64,000 nt of DNA from a virus, in IMG/VR virus record IMGVR_UViG_3300025127_000013, positions 32,001 to 96,000 of that record; one strand, given 5' to 3'. A program made the translations under genes and the position numbers. The notes under the pieces were generated by a model, which did no database searches, was not told the origin of the DNA, and worked only from the letters and a program-made list of their open reading frames with translations. Positions 60,421 to 64,000 of the stretch are shown in pieces. Within the stretch, counting starts at the first letter, position 1. Every line of letters begins with the position of its first letter.

Positions 60421-60447
60421 AAACTTAAAAATGGAGGGTTTTTAAAC

Positions 60448-62037
60448 ATGGCTTACAAATTCCAATTCGGACAGGCAATCTTGTCCGGTGCTCTGGACCA
60501 AGAAGGTGATATTCAGGTCAAGGATCAAAGTGGTAACACCCAGATCTTACTTGATGACAATGGTATCATTTCTGGTGCAGGCAATTTTCAAACTAACGGT
60601 GCACTCGTTATGAGAGATGTCACCCGTATTAGTGCGGCTGGTGCTGGTTCTTTCGCCGGTGTTGCTGCTGGTGGTGCAATCACTACCGCAACTGACATTG
60701 ATGGTTCTGGTGACCTCACTATGGGCACTATTACTATGACTGGAATGTCAGTCGACGCCGACGGTGACACCATCGTCAAAACACTTGCAATGCCAGATGA
60801 TGCTACAATTGGTAACAACACAAACTCTGACATGCTGACTTTTGCTGCAGCCGAGCTTACAGTAAAAGCCAACAGTGATTTCACTATTGCTAAGGCCGGT
60901 GGTCTTAAGCTTGCTGACGGTGCAGTTACTTCAACTGCTGCCGAGCTTAACTTCCTTGATGGCTCAACCGCTGGTACGGCTGTCGCATCTAAGGCTGTTG
61001 TTCTTGATGCAAGCAAAGATATCAGTGGTTTAGGCCAGTTATCGGCTGTCGGTCTCAGTGGTTCGCTTAGATTCTCGCTTGATGTTGAAGCTAACGGCGG
61101 TCTTGGAATGACACCATTCCAGAACAGTGCCAATGTTGCCGACCTTAAGATTAGTGGTGCTTTCATGCAAGCTGCTGCTGTTTCAGTCGGTGTTGATGAG
61201 CTTATGATGCTTGATGCTGATGGTTCTGTCAAAAGAGAAAGCTTCGCTGACTATGCTACTGCAATCGCCGGTGACGGTCTTGCGGCATCTTCTGGTGTTC
61301 TCTCTGTATCCTTGAGCGAGTTAACCGAAGCTGCTGTTAGTGTTGGTGCTGACTCATTGATTTTCATCGATGCAGACGGAAACGTTACTCGCAAAGATAC
61401 TTTCGCTGATTATGCGACCGCAATCGCAGGTGATGGTCTTGCTGCTTCTTCCGGTGTCCTCGCTGTTGGTGTCGATGATTCGTCTATCGAACTCAACTCC
61501 GATGCACTTCGCATTAAAGCAGACGGTGTTACCGGTGCTATGCTCGCTCCAGCAGTCGCTGGTGTCGGTCTTGCTCAAGATGGTTCTGGTAACCTTGACC
61601 TTGACCTTAATGAGTTAAGTGCCGCTGCAGTTGATGTCAGTGCCGATAGCATTGCTATTATCGATGCTAACGATAGTGATGCCTCCAAGAAAGAAAGCAT
61701 TGCTGACCTTGTTGCAGGTATGGCTGGTGCTGGTCTTTCGGCTGCATCTGGACAGCTTTCTGTTCAAGGTAACTCGGTTGCTGTTGCAGTTGATGGTACT
61801 GCTGTTTCTGAAGGTTATAACTTCGCTACTGGCTCTGACGGTGGTACAGTTACTCTTCCAGCCTCACCATCAGTCGGTGATGTTGTCACACTCAAGAACT
61901 CCTCTGGAGGTGTTTTGGTTCTCGCCCGAGGCGATGCTGGCCACGATATCGACGGACAGTCCGCTGTCGTTCTTGAATCGCCATTTGCTGCTGTTACATG
62001 TGTATACATGGTTGCAAACAAGTGGAAGATTGTGTAA
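60448..62037 (+). CDS. Ala/Gly/Asp-rich fibre-like virion protein with internal repeats
   Basis: VTSTAAELNFLDG...ASKAVVLDASKDI fibre motif; three ~47 aa repeats; shared C-terminal domain; GGAGG SD; strong GCT/GGT/TTC/ATC codon bias. Confidence 0.75.
   Translation: MAYKFQFGQAILSGALDQEGDIQVKDQSGNTQILLDDNGIISGAGNFQTNGALVMRDVTRISAAGAGSFAGVAAGGAITTATDIDGSGDLTMGTITMTGMSVDADGDTIVKTLAMPDDATIGNNTNSDMLTFAAAELTVKANSDFTIAKAGGLKLADGAVTSTAAELNFLDGSTAGTAVASKAVVLDASKDISGLGQLSAVGLSGSLRFSLDVEANGGLGMTPFQNSANVADLKISGAFMQAAAVSVGVDELMMLDADGSVKRESFADYATAIAGDGLAASSGVLSVSLSELTEAAVSVGADSLIFIDADGNVTRKDTFADYATAIAGDGLAASSGVLAVGVDDSSIELNSDALRIKADGVTGAMLAPAVAGVGLAQDGSGNLDLDLNELSAAAVDVSADSIAIIDANDSDASKKESIADLVAGMAGAGLSAASGQLSVQGNSVAVAVDGTAVSEGYNFATGSDGGTVTLPASPSVGDVVTLKNSSGGVLVLARGDAGHDIDGQSAVVLESPFAAVTCVYMVANKWKIV
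61171..61765 (+). repeat. three ~47 aa internal repeats
   Basis: AAVSVGxDxLxxxDADGxxxxxxFADYATAIAGDGLAASSGVL twice, plus a third diverged copy (AAVDVSADSIAIIDAND...IADLVAGMAGAGLSAASGQL). Confidence 0.85.
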
Positions 62038-62067
62038 TCAATCTTTTTCAACTTTGTTGAATCTTTT

Positions 62068-62099
62068 GGATGCCTCCCTTGTGGGGGCATCCTTTTTTT
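62068..62099 (+). terminator. Rho-independent terminator
   Basis: GGATGCCTCC-loop-GGGGGCATCC stem followed by a T7 run, just after the 60448 gene. Confidence 0.9.
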
Positions 62100-62113
62100 A
62101 TACTACTTATTGT

Positions 62114-62350
62114 GTGAAAGTTTTAGATTTGCATGGTAAAACTTATGTTGAAGCTCGATACTTAGTGGAAGAGTTTATGCTTTTAAATGAAACACCTATA
62201 AAAATAGTTACTGGTAATTCAGATCAAATGAAAATAATAGTAAAAGAAATTGCTGAAAAGCATAAAATGTATTATTTCCCCGAACATTTCAGTAACTTTG
62301 GAGCCTACATAATACAAGACAAAACGATAAGTTCATCTATTTATGGTTGA
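62114..62350 (+). CDS. small stand-alone Smr-domain protein
   Basis: MKVLDLHGKTYVEA...IKIVTGNS matches the Smr LDLHG...IxTGxG pattern; GTG start, forming the 3' part of track ORF 61619..62350. Confidence 0.7.
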   Translation: MKVLDLHGKTYVEARYLVEEFMLLNETPIKIVTGNSDQMKIIVKEIAEKHKMYYFPEHFSNFGAYIIQDKTISSSIYG

Positions 62351-62361
62351 GAGGATAAAAA

Positions 62362-63495
62362 ATGGCATATAATGTTTTAAAAGGTAATGTACAAGGTTCA
62401 GTAGATCAACATGGTGATCAAGAAATTGATGGTGTAAAGGTATTTAAGAATACTGTTAGTGCCAGTGTTTTCTGGGATACAGATGCCCAAAGCCCTTGTG
62501 CCACAATGAAAGATGTTGCAATCAAAAGTATTAAAGGCAATGTAAACAACGGCCTGATAGTTTGTGATAAAGAGCATGGTGCCAGAACTCATCACAACTT
62601 AAAATACGATGCAGACACTGAAACACTTTCAGCTAATACTTTATCAGCTAAAACATTTATAGGGTCAGGCATATACTTAAAAGATATTCCTAACAATGCA
62701 TTTACTGGCCCAATAGATGCTAATTTTTTAAATCACGGTCTTGGATTACAAAATTTACGAGGAAATCTACAATTAAAAACAAGTAACGGTTTAGTGCTTG
62801 ATGAGCAGGGTGTAGGTCTTTCGTTGGCTTTAAATTCTGGAATAACAGTCAAATCAAATAAAGTCTCTATTGACCCAACTAAACTTGAGCCGATTAATAC
62901 AGAAGGACAGAACTTAAGTGATAATGATGTGATTATAGTTGCTGATGTTTCTAGAGGTACAACTAGAAATACAACTTTGGTAAACTTGTATGACTCTTAT
63001 GTCAGAACAAAAGTACCATATCCAACCGGAACACCCGGAACAATCCAATTCAAAGGTAAAAGAAACTTTGAGTCTTCTGATAATTTAACATTTAACGGTC
63101 AAACAAATACTTTAAACCTTGAGGGTACTCTTGATTCCACAACTGTGGTTAGTAAAGCTAAAATGCTTTGTCAAGGTGCAGTCCATTACAATATAACAAA
63201 AATTACTGACAATGAATACAATGTTGATAGTTCTGATTATACAATCATTTGTGATGCACAGAAAAATCATGTCAATGTTAAATTGCCGCCGGCTCAAAAT
63301 AATACCGGAAGAGTGATTGTTGTAAAGAAGGCTGACTCAGGTAAAATAAAATTAACAGCTAATAAAGTAAGTGTCACTTGCGAAGATAGCAAGATTGATC
63401 TGAACAACAGAACAGAGATTAAAATGAATTATTCGTCGAGAACTTTTCAATCTGATGGTGAAAACTGGTACATAATTGGTACCAAGGGAACTTGA
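62362..63495 (+). CDS. fibre-like virion protein (paralog family)
   Basis: MAYN start, GDQEIDGVKVF, GTIQF...SDNLTFN, and the shared C-terminal LPPA...GRVIVVKK...QSDGENWYII. Confidence 0.7.
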   Translation: MAYNVLKGNVQGSVDQHGDQEIDGVKVFKNTVSASVFWDTDAQSPCATMKDVAIKSIKGNVNNGLIVCDKEHGARTHHNLKYDADTETLSANTLSAKTFIGSGIYLKDIPNNAFTGPIDANFLNHGLGLQNLRGNLQLKTSNGLVLDEQGVGLSLALNSGITVKSNKVSIDPTKLEPINTEGQNLSDNDVIIVADVSRGTTRNTTLVNLYDSYVRTKVPYPTGTPGTIQFKGKRNFESSDNLTFNGQTNTLNLEGTLDSTTVVSKAKMLCQGAVHYNITKITDNEYNVDSSDYTIICDAQKNHVNVKLPPAQNNTGRVIVVKKADSGKIKLTANKVSVTCEDSKIDLNNRTEIKMNYSSRTFQSDGENWYIIGTKGT

Positions 63496-63526
63496 TTCCT
63501 ATTTATAAACAAAGGAACCACACAAC

Positions 63527-64000
63527 ATGGCATATAACAACAACAAAGGACCACAACACTCAGGCGACATTCAATTTGAAGGCGATCCTGATGAAACACA
63601 AATTGACTTTGAGAATGATTCTATAAAGCTTAAAACTGGTGGAACAGCCCAGTTAGACATTGGAAACACTAGAAGTGTTTTTGCCGGTGAAGTTAGCGGT
63701 TCATTATTTTCTGGTTCAACATTTCATGGAGATGGCTCAACACTTACGGGTGTTGGTGCGATGGATTCATTTGGTTTTGGTGCAGACGGCGGTTCAACTC
63801 AAACAATAACAAATGGAAATACTGCTAGAATTGCAGGCGGGACAGGCTTGACAACAACAGCAGGTGCTACAGATACCGTAACTGTTAATCTCGATGATAC
63901 ATCTGTCAGTGCAGGTTCTTATACATATACTTCTTTAACTGTTGATGCACAAGGTAGATTAACCGCTGCATCTAATGGTACCGCTCCGGCTCTTACTAGT
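63527..64000 (+). CDS. tail-fibre-like protein (3' truncated)
   Basis: MAYNNNKGPQH...FHGDGSTLTGV...VSAGSYTYTSLTVDAQGRLTAAS, a fibre repeat; open to the window end; preceded by CCTATTTATA. Confidence 0.75.
   Translation, partial: MAYNNNKGPQHSGDIQFEGDPDETQIDFENDSIKLKTGGTAQLDIGNTRSVFAGEVSGSLFSGSTFHGDGSTLTGVGAMDSFGFGADGGSTQTITNGNTARIAGGTGLTTTAGATDTVTVNLDDTSVSAGSYTYTSLTVDAQGRLTAASNGTAPALTS

Noticed and set aside
61171-61765. Repeats in the 60448 gene as a DGR or mobile element signature
   Set aside because: The differences are mostly synonymous and not adenine-specific, as expected for ordinary fibre domain repeats.
61619-62113. 5' part of the 243 aa track ORF 61619..62350
   Set aside because: It overlaps the fibre gene out of frame and runs through a terminator. 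Only the 3' Smr part from GTG 62114 is credible.
123-63297. The many minus-strand and nested short ORFs in the ORF track
   Set aside because: They are shadows of well-supported + strand genes, with no recognisable motifs or RBS.
1-64000. Alternative genetic code (stop codon reassignment), as in some jumbo phages
   Set aside because: The standard code gives long, tightly packed ORFs, and TAA, TAG and TGA all terminate genes at sensible positions.
1-64000. tRNA, rRNA, CRISPR arrays, integrase/transposase, introns or inteins
   Set aside because: None were recognised. Intergenic gaps are very short, and terminase, primase and portal appear uninterrupted. A covariance-model scan was not possible.

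Overview
A 64 kb segment of a large (probably jumbo) T4-like myovirus genome. It is AT-rich, uses the standard genetic code, and essentially all credible genes lie on the + strand. From left to right it holds: the end of an RmlB-like nucleotide-sugar dehydratase; a gp55-like late sigma factor; a ~37 kb baseplate/tail block (M15-peptidase hub protein, gp25, gp6, giant 2156/3714/1320 aa virion proteins); a DNA metabolism cluster (RuvC-like resolvase, UvsE, primase, single-chain Mre11-Rad50/SbcDC fusion) followed directly by a tubulin/FtsZ-family GTPase; a putative lysis cassette; terminase, portal and prohead protease; phage-encoded ribosomal protein bS21; and an array of paralogous fibre-like genes. 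Patterns not explained by the annotation: (1) unrelated proteins share an N-terminal MKI(T/S)KxxLKxIIxEE tag, a candidate capsid-targeting system; (2) a recurrent intergenic CTATTTA(T) motif, the reverse complement of the T4 late promoter; (3) strong [ST]-[GA]-S tripeptide enrichment in baseplate and fibre proteins, a candidate modification sequon; (4) apparent CCWGG and GCGC avoidance; (5) a long hairpin leader before the strongly codon-biased fibre gene at 60448. All calls come from reading motifs by eye; no database searches were run.
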